From assembly GCA_025839675.1 (NCBI GenBank), contig CP104013.1, forward strand, positions 1,710,001 through 1,742,000: a stretch of 32,000 bases of DNA, given 5' to 3'. Under the pieces are notes generated by a model that did not search any database, had not been told where the DNA came from, and saw only the letters and a list, made by a program, of their open reading frames with translations. This DNA comes from Candidatus Lokiarchaeum ossiferum (GTDB lineage: Archaea; Asgardarchaeota; Lokiarchaeia; Sigyniarchaeales; Promethearchaeaceae). Each line of letters starts with the position of its first letter. Positions within the stretch are counted from its first letter, which is position 1. The position numbers and the translations under genes were made by a program. Shown here one piece after another: positions 1 to 8,559 of this stretch.

Positions 1-393
1 ATCCAAACCAAAAGTCACTTCCGTATGTCCACCAATTATGGATATTCCCCATTTTTGACATTCATGTGCTATATCTTGGAAAATTTGCAGACAAAAGGCC
101 TCATCTGTCGTCTTTTCCGGCAGAAAAATTGTTGAACTAAACCATTTGGGTATTGCTCCAGAAGTTGCCACATCGTTTGCGTTCAAGGTTACTGCATAGT
201 AACCGATTTCATCAGATGCAAAAGTCACCGGATTTGTCTTCGAAATCAAATAACTATCCCCCATATCGATGGCAGCAAAATCTTGCCCCAATTGAGGCCC
301 TACCACCACTCCATTCATAGAGACGGAAGAATTGCATATTTTCAATAATTTTTTCATAAATTCCGTAGGTAATTTCCCGGGTGAAAATGGCAT
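1..393 (-). CDS. AIR synthase-related (PurM/HypE superfamily) protein, N-terminal part; gene runs off the left edge
   Basis: Not in the ORF track because it is truncated by the window edge. Reverse-strand ATG at 391-393 opens MPFSPGKLPTEFMKKLLKICNSS..VVVGPQLGQDFAAIDMGDSYLISKTNPVTFASDEIGYYAVTLNANDVATSGAIPKWFSSTIFLPEKTTDEAFCLQIFQDIAHECQKWGISIIGGHTEVTFGLD with no stop down to position 1. The G.D.A.ID ... NDVA..GA ... GGHTE pattern is typical of the PurM/HypE/ThiL fold. Confidence 0.7.
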   Translation of the reverse strand, partial: MPFSPGKLPTEFMKKLLKICNSSVSMNGVVVGPQLGQDFAAIDMGDSYLISKTNPVTFASDEIGYYAVTLNANDVATSGAIPKWFSSTIFLPEKTTDEAFCLQIFQDIAHECQKWGISIIGGHTEVTFGLD

Positions 394-451
394 ATTTAAC
401 TATAGAAGGTTGACAAAAAAAAACATTACAGATTGGATTGAAGAGGAATTA

Positions 452-1003
452 TTACCTATCATATAAACTATTTTCATTTGAATCTATGGTTACAACTAAT
501 GGTCCAAATTTTGATACTTCTAAAAACCAAGCCGCTTCAGGTGATCCTAAATCGAGCCATTCAACAGATTTTACCTTAGTGATAAATTTAGAGACAAGCG
601 CTCCAGCTCCACCAGGATATTGCAAATAAATCGCAGGTATTTTGGACCATTCCACATCTGTCATTCCTCCTTTACCTATTACAATATTACACGAAAGAAG
701 TCGACAAACATCTGTTTGAAAAGGATTCATGCGAGCACTAGTTGTGGGTCCACCCGAGATGATAGAATAGCCACCATTTTCATTTTCTTTAACAATCGGC
801 CCCATATGATAGATTGCTCCCCCTTTAAGATCAGAAAAGGAAGCGGGAAAATCCTTCCCATGTTTATGATATTCTAAAAGTCTTTTATGAAAATGATCCC
901 TTCCAGTACAAATTATCCCCGAGATGTAAACTAAGTCCCCTGTTTTAACCTCCTTGATTTGTTGAGGAGAGACTGGCAAATTGAGGTTGTGAATTTGAGT
1001 CAT
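452..1003 (-). CDS. class I (Fe-S) fumarate hydratase, beta subunit (C-terminal domain type; tartrate dehydratase beta is the alternative)
   Basis: 183 aa with GRD.FH, GPTTS.RM and IGKGGM motifs of the Fe-S hydro-lyase beta subunit. Its ATG (1001-1003) directly abuts the TAA of the alpha subunit (TAAATG) and is preceded by GAGGAGGAT. Confidence 0.9.
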   Translation of the reverse strand: MTQIHNLNLPVSPQQIKEVKTGDLVYISGIICTGRDHFHKRLLEYHKHGKDFPASFSDLKGGAIYHMGPIVKENENGGYSIISGGPTTSARMNPFQTDVCRLLSCNIVIGKGGMTDVEWSKIPAIYLQYPGGAGALVSKFITKVKSVEWLDLGSPEAAWFLEVSKFGPLVVTIDSNENSLYDR

Positions 1004-1921
1004 TTATTGATCCTCCTCAAATTTAAATTGAGAATTCAACTTTCCAAATGTAATTTTACCCAAAGAAGTAATTCGGCAAGATTCGGTTCGATGACAATAG
1101 CATTCAACAATCAATCCAACAGGAAAAGTCGCTGGATGACGCATACCTATTTCAATTCGCACATCTAAGCAATTTGAATGCCCACCTAAGCCCATTATGC
1201 CTATATCGAGGTCGTTGATTTGTTGTAATAAACTTAATTCCAATGCTGCCACATCTTTACGGATATGATGAACACCAAGGGGGCGTAACAATGCTTTTTT
1301 CGCCAAGGACATGCATTTTGAGGCATCACCACCTAATCCGATACCCAGTATTGTTGGTGGACACGGTTTTCCCCCTGCAAATTTCATTTGCTCAACTATC
1401 TTAGGAATAAAATCATGAATACCTGTAGCAGCAGGAAGCATAAACAATTTAGACATGTTTTCGGACCCTCCCCCTTTATTCATTGCAGTAATCACAAGAT
1501 CAGACGATTTAGGAATGATATCGAGATAAATAGGAGGCATATTTTCACCCCCATTAAACCCTTCATTAATTTGAGTAATAGGATCAACACTATTGGGGCG
1601 AATCAAAGATTCTGCAGTTAATTTTTTTAAAACTCGTAAAGAAATCTCTTTAAAATTAGAGACCAGAGGAAAATTCGAACCAATTTGAAAAAAGAGATTA
1701 ATGTGACCGGTATCTTGACATAGGGGGATCTGATTAGAATGCCCATATTCAATATTATCCAACATTAAATCAATTTGTGATAATTGAATGGGGTTTTCTT
1801 TTTCAATTTCTCGAATTTCCTTCAGTTTCTGGATAGTATCTTCACAAACACTAGTTGAAGACTTAAGAATCAAATCATAAATTGCGAGTTCTACGGATGC
1901 TAAAAGCGCGGAAGTGTGCAC
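1004..1921 (-). CDS. class I (Fe-S) fumarate hydratase, alpha subunit
   Basis: 305 aa with the CQDTG cluster-ligand motif and GIGLGG. Forms an operon with the beta subunit. The start codon is GTG (1919-1921). Confidence 0.9.
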   Translation of the reverse strand: MHTSALLASVELAIYDLILKSSTSVCEDTIQKLKEIREIEKENPIQLSQIDLMLDNIEYGHSNQIPLCQDTGHINLFFQIGSNFPLVSNFKEISLRVLKKLTAESLIRPNSVDPITQINEGFNGGENMPPIYLDIIPKSSDLVITAMNKGGGSENMSKLFMLPAATGIHDFIPKIVEQMKFAGGKPCPPTILGIGLGGDASKCMSLAKKALLRPLGVHHIRKDVAALELSLLQQINDLDIGIMGLGGHSNCLDVRIEIGMRHPATFPVGLIVECYCHRTESCRITSLGKITFGKLNSQFKFEEDQ

Positions 1922-2189
1922 AAAAGATACAATGCATTCATTTATTATTAATCATATTAATTAGATTTTTATCCAAGACCGAATTAAAAAAATAACATAT
2001 ATAAATATATTCAATACGAAGTAAGATCAATGATGAGAGTTAAAATAAAAAATGCATGATCAAAATTTGAATATTTCTCATTTGGATCTCTTATCACTCA
2101 AGCAAACACAATCAAATATTTCATAATCCATCAATAAACCAGAATAACACCCAAAAAATCAGAGTAAAAAAAAAAAAGATGACCGAGAT

Positions 2190-4103
2190 ATGACAAATCA
2201 CCTTAATTCATTTCTCAATAGAATTGGACGGAATTATATTAAGGATTGGTATTCAATTAGAGATATTCAGGATTGGATGTTGGAAGAAATATATCGAAAG
2301 CGGAAAACTTTTCCAATTTGGAGAAAAAAAGTGCTTTTCTCCTTTACATCATGGATAAAAAATAAAACTAAAAAAGGACCTTCGAATGATATCGCTGGCT
2401 TTTCTGAGTACTTTTATAGAAAAATGGATTGGCTTTTCCGATATTATTTCCAAAAAATGTTTAACGGTTTTAATGAAAACCAACTTCAGCTGGTGGGCAT
2501 CGAAGGGCATGCTAAATCACAATTTTCCGATTTATTTTTCGAATATAAATATCACTTGACCGAGATGGAAATAGCTTCCTTTAAACATTTTAAAGAAGAA
2601 TTTGAGCACCCTGATCACTACCATCGGATAATTTCTTATATTTTCAATTTGGTTATTATGGTTTTTGGCAAATTGATAAAAGACATTCTTAAGAAAGATA
2701 TCCAAATTACCATGTTATGTGCAGAAGTGAAGATTACCTATACGGGGGAAGAATATATTCATTTCATTATCGTTTCCCGAAAATTGGATGTCGCTTTCTT
2801 AAAAACTTATTTATATTCCTTAATCTACCATTTTGCTGAAGTGTTTCCAAATGTTAATAAAGGTCTTTTAGCTCAATTAAAAAAAAAAAACGACGAGATC
2901 TACCCCATTGCACTGGCAGAGTATCCAAAAAGTCGCAGAACCATTTCAACTGTCTTATTCACGCTTCAAAAAAAATGTCAACTCCTTGAAGAGATTACAC
3001 CTGTACTTGATATTTTGAATTTTATCGCATCCCGAGTGGAAGATTCCATTTATGATACGATTCCAATCGTCCAGGAGATTATCGAGGAAAAAATCATACT
3101 CAATAAAGATCCAGAACTAATTGATGACATCGTTGAAATTTTTGAATTTTTAAACTCCAATGCATCGCTTTTTTCCACATTTCAAGCTAACAATCGAGCC
3201 AATATGCAACGTCAGTATCAACTTTTTTTCTTCTATGCACAATATTTTTGTTTTGGAGGCTTGGAAAATATGGAAAATAGTACCACTTTCAATTTTCCCG
3301 CGATTATTCAACAAACAATCGAAATTGAGCAATTTTCCGAACGTTTTCCAAACATCACTATGGAAACATTTACCAATTTCATTTTCCAAGGTCTTTCTCT
3401 TCCCACCAGTAAAGCCATGGATATAGTGTTTCATTATATTTATGGGCAATCAGTGAAAGAAGTGAATGAAACATTTTTTGAATGTTTCTTACATTCATTA
3501 AACATCAAATTTCATTCAAAACTTCAAGAAATACGGGATAGAAATCCACGGTTCCAGATTGATTTCGATGAGATTGTCCATATAATTCTTGTTATTCTTT
3601 TCAATTTAACCGATAAAATCTTTTTAGCTAAAAAACCGGAAGATGTGCAGGATAATTTTCGAGATAAAATCTCCCGATATACTCCCCAAAAAATTACATT
3701 GAGAGTCTTAGAATTAAACATTTTTAAGGATATTCCTCTATCAGATAATAACTGGCAAGATTATTTTCTTAGCCGTAATAAAAAATTTGTTCGCCATTTT
3801 TTCCAAAGATACTTCGAAATTCCTGATAGTTATTTCTTCTCTAATAAACGATTACTTAAAATCAATATCATGTATGAGCGAGGGTTACTCCCTTCAGCGA
3901 AATTTTTAGAAGAATGGATTATAGCGTTCTTATTGCAAAAGTTTTATATTTTCCAAAAAGAAGTAACAGATTCATTACCTAAACACTATGAAACTCAAGA
4001 TATTACGGAAAAATTGCATAGATTATTTTTAAAAGACATAAAAGATGAACAAATCCAGAAAGATTTAAAAGAAATTGTAGAATTTTTCGCAAAAATATGG
4101 TAA
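2190..4103 (+). CDS. hypothetical protein (637 aa, helical, F/I/K/E-rich, no motif recognised)
   Basis: Uninterrupted 637-codon ORF in AT-rich DNA where stops are frequent. ATG start and TAA stop. Only short antisense shadow ORFs overlap it. Confidence 0.6.
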   Translation: MTNHLNSFLNRIGRNYIKDWYSIRDIQDWMLEEIYRKRKTFPIWRKKVLFSFTSWIKNKTKKGPSNDIAGFSEYFYRKMDWLFRYYFQKMFNGFNENQLQLVGIEGHAKSQFSDLFFEYKYHLTEMEIASFKHFKEEFEHPDHYHRIISYIFNLVIMVFGKLIKDILKKDIQITMLCAEVKITYTGEEYIHFIIVSRKLDVAFLKTYLYSLIYHFAEVFPNVNKGLLAQLKKKNDEIYPIALAEYPKSRRTISTVLFTLQKKCQLLEEITPVLDILNFIASRVEDSIYDTIPIVQEIIEEKIILNKDPELIDDIVEIFEFLNSNASLFSTFQANNRANMQRQYQLFFFYAQYFCFGGLENMENSTTFNFPAIIQQTIEIEQFSERFPNITMETFTNFIFQGLSLPTSKAMDIVFHYIYGQSVKEVNETFFECFLHSLNIKFHSKLQEIRDRNPRFQIDFDEIVHIILVILFNLTDKIFLAKKPEDVQDNFRDKISRYTPQKITLRVLELNIFKDIPLSDNNWQDYFLSRNKKFVRHFFQRYFEIPDSYFFSNKRLLKINIMYERGLLPSAKFLEEWIIAFLLQKFYIFQKEVTDSLPKHYETQDITEKLHRLFLKDIKDEQIQKDLKEIVEFFAKIW

Positions 4104-4130
4104 AAAATACCTTAACACCCAAATTTCAAT

Positions 4131-4721
4131 TTAGAGATCATAAATCCTCATAATTTTCTCAGGATTGGTTAAGAAATTAATAACCGGCAAATTATAATTA
4201 GTTTCAATGGATTCTACTTCTGAAGGCGTTGAACTAACCGCACCCGCCACAGCTACAACTTGTGGATCTAATTGCTCCGGAATTTCCTTAGAGGATTGGA
4301 CACAAAGAATTTTTTTTTCATCTAAATCACGAAAGCCTTCAAACAATAAAACGATTGATTTTGGGTTAGAAGCATCTTCAGATTGTGAAATAGCTTCTAC
4401 TATTTTAATTAATGTATTTGTTGAAACATCCCAATTCAAAATAAATGCCGATTCATTTTTGCTTTTCGAACAGACAATTCGAGCACCTGCTTGGGAATAT
4501 TTCCAAGTATTTTTTCCTGGTATGTCAATTGAAAAATCATCTCGATGAATATGCTTGAAAGCCATGCACCGAATCTTTTTAACCGAAAGAAATTTGATGA
4601 TAGCTTCGATACTTGCAGTTTTTCCCGATTTTGAATACCCAATAAAGGAGATTTTTGGAATTGAAGTAACTTGGGATGCATCCATATTGATTAAGAAATT
4701 CAAATGAAGATGAATATTCAA
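4131..4721 (-). CDS. mobB: MobB-like P-loop NTPase (molybdopterin-guanine dinucleotide biosynthesis adapter family)
   Basis: ISFIGYSKSGKTASIE (GxSxSGKT P-loop) followed by FKH.H..F.ID.PGK..W.....GA matches the MobB pattern. The true start is more likely the internal Met (MDASQV, codon at 4683-4685) than 4721. Confidence 0.75.
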   Translation of the reverse strand: MNIHLHLNFLINMDASQVTSIPKISFIGYSKSGKTASIEAIIKFLSVKKIRCMAFKHIHRDDFSIDIPGKNTWKYSQAGARIVCSKSKNESAFILNWDVSTNTLIKIVEAISQSEDASNPKSIVLLFEGFRDLDEKKILCVQSSKEIPEQLDPQVVAVAGAVSSTPSEVESIETNYNLPVINFLTNPEKIMRIYDL

Positions 4722-4814
4722 CTTTTTCGAATTTCATTTTTGAAATATAATTTCAAATAATATTGCAACCAAATACAATCAAGTAAAAAAAAAAGTAATT
4801 TTGAGAGATTCTAC

Positions 4815-6806
4815 ATGAGTACAAGTCCTAACCAAAAACAACAGACCATCTTCATTTTCGATGCTAATTTTTTCATTTCTTTAAAAGAAATCAAAGCAAA
4901 TTTACCCTATCAACATCTTGCTGTAGCAAAATCAGCATTGAAAGTTGAATTTTACGTAAGCGGTCCAGTCTTTAATGAATGTCCATTTATTGTCGGGACG
5001 ATTCAACAACAATTTTATAAAGCAGTAAAGGTTGAAAAAGTGAAAGAAGCAGAACTAACCCGTGTGAAAGATGATCTAAAAAGGAAAGGAGTTAGACTAC
5101 TCGCTCAAGATCCAGATTTATCCTTGGTTGCATTGGGAAAACGGTTGAAAACGAAGAGTTCAGAAGTCTTTATCGTAAGTGATGACTTTAAATTGAGTCA
5201 AAATATTGATACTTTGGGTTATCGAATGAAATGTCTTCCCCTTCCAGCATTTCTGCAAATATTGGGAAAAAATTTAACGGGAAAACATCGCACTTATTGG
5301 AAACTAATTCGGAAGAAAGTATTGACACTCAACTTAGATTTCATGATGAAAAGGAGCGATATCTACGCACCCCAAGCCAAAATTGCATGGTTAATTGAAA
5401 ATGCAGTCTCGGTTGCGGGAGAAGGAATTCATTTGAACGATAGCAATATTGATCCAAAGGAGAAAGAGCCTGAAAACCTAGATGATATAGTCAAATTGCG
5501 AAGAATTTGTGATGATTTTATCCGCGGTAAAAATATTCCCCCCTCAGATATGAAACAGATTAAAATTTATCAAAAAGCATTGGACACAATTAAAGAAGGA
5601 AGGGTAATAATTAAAGAAGCGAAAGAGGCTTTAATGAAGAGCAATCACAAACTAGCCTTACGTCAACTTCGAAAAGTAAATGAACAGCTGATCCAAACCT
5701 TCCAGATCATGGGAGCTACTTTATCGGAAAATGCCTATCACTTTTTTGAGCGCCTTATGGCGTCAGAAATTTCAAAAGTCGTCTTTCTTCGATCTTTTGT
5801 CCTGATTGAAAACAATCGGATTACAAGTGCCCTATCAGCCTTAGATCAAACCGCTTTCTTTGCAACGATGGCTCAAATTCCCGAAACAGTTTTAACAATA
5901 AACTATTTGAAAGGATTATTATATATTTATAATTCATTTTACAAGAGAGCTATTAATCAATTTCAATTTAATTTTAAATTAGCAGATTCGCTCAAGGTAA
6001 GAGAAACCTTAGCAAATACATTAAAGTTAAAGGCAATTATCGGAGAATCAATCACGAGTTTTCTTATCGATCAACAAGAAGAAGCTGTAAAGCAAGTTCA
6101 AACAGCAGTTAGTCATTTATCACCCAAGATGCTACCAAGTTTGATGACTGCCCTCACAGATTCAGGAGATTACTTTCTTGCTTTGGGATTTCCTGAAATT
6201 GCGTCCAACTTATATTCTGAAGCCTTAGAGTGCGCAATAGACTCTGGAAGGAAATGGAGATACAACATTCTTATAAGCAAAATGAAGAAAGCCTATATGG
6301 CATCTTCTCTGATTGGAACAGAAACACGTCCGAGCGGAGATATTTCAGTTTTAATTGATAAATTCCATGATATCAAAGATGTTGATACCTATAACGAAAT
6401 TATGACAGAACTGGCATTGTTTACCAATAAATTTTACGAACCCTTTAAATTCTTTTCTGAAGGTACCCGAAAGTTGACTAAATATGCCGACCTACCGAAA
6501 GAATTCCATGATGAATGGGAATGTGTCAAGATCCAAGAAAATAAAAAAACTGGAAGAACTTTATTGATCGGGCTAAATGAAGAAATTGGGTTGGTGGCTT
6601 TTGATGTGCTTTTAGACACAAATTTAGATGGTGTTCCCGAAAATTATACCATTAAAATTCGCGAGACTGCCAAAATTCGAATCGATCCACCTGATGAAAT
6701 CAAAGAATCTCTATTCCTCATCCGAGCAATCGTTAAAACAAATAATGAAGATCGTGATATTGAAATTGTGCGCAAGATCCCGATTTTCTTCAAACAAATG
6801 GCATAA
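4815..6806 (+). CDS. Nob1-like PIN-domain protein fused to a long helical-repeat/unknown C-terminal region (663 aa)
   Basis: The N-terminal ~160 aa carry the PIN acidic set in Nob1-like contexts: IFIFDANFF, NECPF, LAQDPDLSLVALG, FIVSDDFKLSQNI. The remaining ~500 aa are helical, TPR-like by eye, and end in a beta-rich region. There is no zinc ribbon, so this is not a canonical Nob1. Confidence 0.6.
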   Translation: MSTSPNQKQQTIFIFDANFFISLKEIKANLPYQHLAVAKSALKVEFYVSGPVFNECPFIVGTIQQQFYKAVKVEKVKEAELTRVKDDLKRKGVRLLAQDPDLSLVALGKRLKTKSSEVFIVSDDFKLSQNIDTLGYRMKCLPLPAFLQILGKNLTGKHRTYWKLIRKKVLTLNLDFMMKRSDIYAPQAKIAWLIENAVSVAGEGIHLNDSNIDPKEKEPENLDDIVKLRRICDDFIRGKNIPPSDMKQIKIYQKALDTIKEGRVIIKEAKEALMKSNHKLALRQLRKVNEQLIQTFQIMGATLSENAYHFFERLMASEISKVVFLRSFVLIENNRITSALSALDQTAFFATMAQIPETVLTINYLKGLLYIYNSFYKRAINQFQFNFKLADSLKVRETLANTLKLKAIIGESITSFLIDQQEEAVKQVQTAVSHLSPKMLPSLMTALTDSGDYFLALGFPEIASNLYSEALECAIDSGRKWRYNILISKMKKAYMASSLIGTETRPSGDISVLIDKFHDIKDVDTYNEIMTELALFTNKFYEPFKFFSEGTRKLTKYADLPKEFHDEWECVKIQENKKTGRTLLIGLNEEIGLVAFDVLLDTNLDGVPENYTIKIRETAKIRIDPPDEIKESLFLIRAIVKTNNEDRDIEIVRKIPIFFKQMA

Positions 6807-6913
6807 TAATTATTTTTTAATCTCTATTATGTTCTTTTTAAGGATAATTATGCAAGATTGTTATCCTTTTTATTTTCCAACCCTATTAGTATATTTGGCT
6901 TAAATTTACAAAA

Positions 6914-7360
6914 ATGGAAGGAAAAAAAATGACCTCCAATGTCTTTTCAAAAAAAAATGAAATTGAAGATCTCCTTGATAACTTAATTCTTCAACGAAAT
7001 ATCTTTGTAAGCGAAGTGGATTTGGACATGTGGAAATCGGCTTATGTAAGTATTTTTGGGATTTCAAATGTGCTGGATAATCAATTAAAGCACGGCGTTT
7101 GGAAACATAGTCAGTTTGAAAAACCTTTGAAAGAGCTGAAACGAAAAACTAATAAATTTGTGAAGTTAATACGTCGCAAAGGAATCAATCATGGCAAATG
7201 GGAAGGAGCATGTGCGGAATGTACAGATATCCTCCGCGAATATCAGGATCTTTGTCTCCCTCAAATCGAAATTATTACTCAAGAACTTGATGAATCCAAT
7301 CCAATCCGGATTGAAATTGAAAATCAATTAGGATTAAATATAAAGGAAACACATCATTAG
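6914..7360 (+). CDS. hypothetical protein (148 aa)
   Basis: ORF only, with no motif recognised. Same strand as and just downstream of the PIN-fusion gene. Confidence 0.45.
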   Translation: MEGKKMTSNVFSKKNEIEDLLDNLILQRNIFVSEVDLDMWKSAYVSIFGISNVLDNQLKHGVWKHSQFEKPLKELKRKTNKFVKLIRRKGINHGKWEGACAECTDILREYQDLCLPQIEIITQELDESNPIRIEIENQLGLNIKETHH

Positions 7361-7368
7361 GAAAAAAA

Positions 7369-7833
7369 ATGTGAACCTTTGTTCCAATTCACAATAAAAG
7401 ACCTTCGCCGAAAAACACATCCGATTCTGAATGTCAAAAAAAAAATAGAGCAAGCACTGATCCATCTCCAATCAAAAATAGTCGGATTAAGGTAATTTTG
7501 GGATTAGTAGGTTATTTTCTCATATTATTAGCAGCCTTCATCACCCTTTTAAACTTATTTTCGGACTTATGGTTGGTTTGGCTGGAATGATTACTAGGAA
7601 TTATCGCTTTTACACTTGTTCTACTTGTTAAGTGGCATTGACAGAATTATGTCTATAAATGTGATTTCTGTGAAAAGGAATTTAAAATTTCATTTTTAGT
7701 AGATCTTTTGAGCCCCCATGGAGCAAACAGAACCGGAGGTCGGATATATTTAAAATGTCCGAATTGTAATAAGAGATCTAAAATTGGAGTAATCAAGAAA
7801 TCAACAAATACAGTTCAATCAAAAATTTTATAA
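7369..7833 (+). pseudogene. membrane-anchored zinc-ribbon protein frame interrupted by three in-frame TGA codons
   Basis: The frame from ATG 7369 to TAA 7831-7833 has no TAA/TAG in 154 codons. It has TGA at 7372-7374, 7588-7590 and 7639-7641. It reads M*TFVPIHNKRPSPKNTSDSECQKKNRASTDPSPIKNSRIKVILGLVGYFLILLAAFITLLNLFSDLWLVWLE*LLGIIAFTLVLLVKWH*QNYVYKCDFCEKEFKISFLVDLLSPHGANRTGGRIYLKCPNCNKRSKIGVIKKSTNTVQSKIL. That is two hydrophobic helices plus a CxxC...CxxC ribbon. The ORF track misses it because of the TGAs. Confidence 0.5.
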
Positions 7834-7855
7834 GATTATAGACTAAATCTGCATA

Positions 7856-8113
7856 ATGATAACAGAATTATTTTGTACTTACCATCCTACTCGTATCGTT
7901 AACACAAGATATGAGTAATGTGGAAAAATTATTTGTTTAGAGTGTAAATCTGTTTATCTTTAGACCTATAACAACGGCGTTGGTGATTCCAGCTCTTCTT
8001 TTCATATTAGAAAAGAATTTTATGCTCAATGTCATAAGATATTACTCGAAAAAACGCAAAGTCTTCCAAATATCTTGTTCTCAAGTATGTACCTGAAATC
8101 TCTCAGTAATTAA
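7856..8113 (+). pseudogene. decayed Cys/His zinc-finger + single-TM protein gene (two nonsense codons and a frameshift)
   Basis: From ATG 7856 the frame reads MITELFCTYHPTRIVNTRYE*CGKIICLECKSVYL* (TAA 7916-7918, TAG 7961-7963). From about 7956 another frame continues IFRPITTALVIPALLFILEKNFMLNVIRYYSKKRKVFQISCSQVCT* (TGA 8094-8096). A coherent zinc-finger/TM/basic-tail protein appears only if these lesions are ignored. Confidence 0.4.
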
Positions 8114-8225
8114 GTAGAAAACATCAATTGAAAAATCAGTTAATGATATATTACAAAATATTGACGACAATCTACCTAATTCAATTTTCCAAAAGAATAA
8201 AAAAATTAGTTACAGCATTAGGATT

Positions 8226-8234
8226 AAAAAAAAA
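8226..8234 (-). terminator. oligo-T tract (T9 on the minus strand) downstream of eS26
   Basis: The A9 run on the plus strand lies about 30 nt beyond the eS26 stop codon. Archaeal RNA polymerase terminates at oligo-T tracts. Confidence 0.4.
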
Positions 8235-8265
8235 GATTGTGAAAATAATATTACCCGAATACGTA

Positions 8266-8553
8266 TTATCTTATTTTAGTGTGTTTACGTCGGTCGTCAT
8301 CAGGACGTATATTTACCTTATGAGTATGTACGGCGCAGCTAACACAATACCATTCAGTAACTTGTCTTCTTGGAACGATAGCACCCGCTTCTCGTAATTC
8401 TTTACCGATGGCAAAATCAGTAAGGGTAACATAATGAGTAACTCGTTTGGCTTTCCCTCGTGGGACTAATCGACCGCATTTATTACAGTGGATAGAACCT
8501 TGGCGTCCGCCTGAGGATCCGGTTTTGCCACCGCTTTTTCTTTTTTTAGGAAT
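8266..8553 (-). CDS. rps26e: ribosomal protein eS26 (S26e), apparently with an ATT start codon
   Basis: The reverse-strand frame is open from TGA (8560-8562) to TAA (8266-8268). It encodes ITIPKKRKSGGKTGSSGGRQGSIHCNKCGRLVPRGKAKRVTHYVTLTDFAIGKELREAGAIVPRRQVTEWYCVSCAVHTHKVNIRPDDDRRKHTKIR. The PKKR N-terminus, C..C ... YCVSCA.H and the ~95 aa length are the eS26 signature. It is absent from the ORF track because the frame has no ATG/GTG/TTG. The codon in the Met position, directly before CCT AAA AAA AGA, is ATT (8551-8553). Confidence 0.85.
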   Translation of the reverse strand: MPKKRKSGGKTGSSGGRQGSIHCNKCGRLVPRGKAKRVTHYVTLTDFAIGKELREAGAIVPRRQVTEWYCVSCAVHTHKVNIRPDDDRRKHTKIR

Positions 8554-8559
8554 AGTAAT

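Noticed and set aside
2030-2036. Perfect C-box-like AUGAUGA in the 1922-2189 intergenic region (possible C/D box sRNA)
   Set aside because: There is no CUGA D or D' box at the required 10-12 nt guide spacing, and the candidate C' (AUGAUCA) is imperfect. A single heptamer in AT-rich DNA is not evidence.
3150-4548. Short ORFs nested in or antisense to the 637-aa orphan and MobB-like genes (3150-3449, 3160-3426, 3524-3721, 4207-4548, 4436-4681)
   Set aside because: All are embedded in longer, better-supported ORFs. They have no motifs and are typical shadow ORFs.
4739-4757. 8+3+8 inverted repeat TTTGAAAT-ATA-ATTTCAAA between the MobB-like gene and the PIN-fusion gene
   Set aside because: It is real in the sequence, but short and purely A/T. 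Such repeats are expected by chance in this composition, and no second copy or associated regulator was seen.
7369-7833. Selenocysteine as the explanation for the three in-frame TGA codons
   Set aside because: The positions are right after the initiator Met, inside a transmembrane helix and before a zinc ribbon. None is a redox-motif context. Three Sec codons in a 154-aa membrane protein would be extraordinary, and I saw no obvious SECIS-like hairpin downstream.
8128-8397. 89-aa plus-strand ORF from the track
   Set aside because: It overlaps the 3' half of the clearly recognisable eS26 gene on the opposite strand and has a low-complexity, hydrophobic, non-protein-like sequence. It is a shadow ORF.
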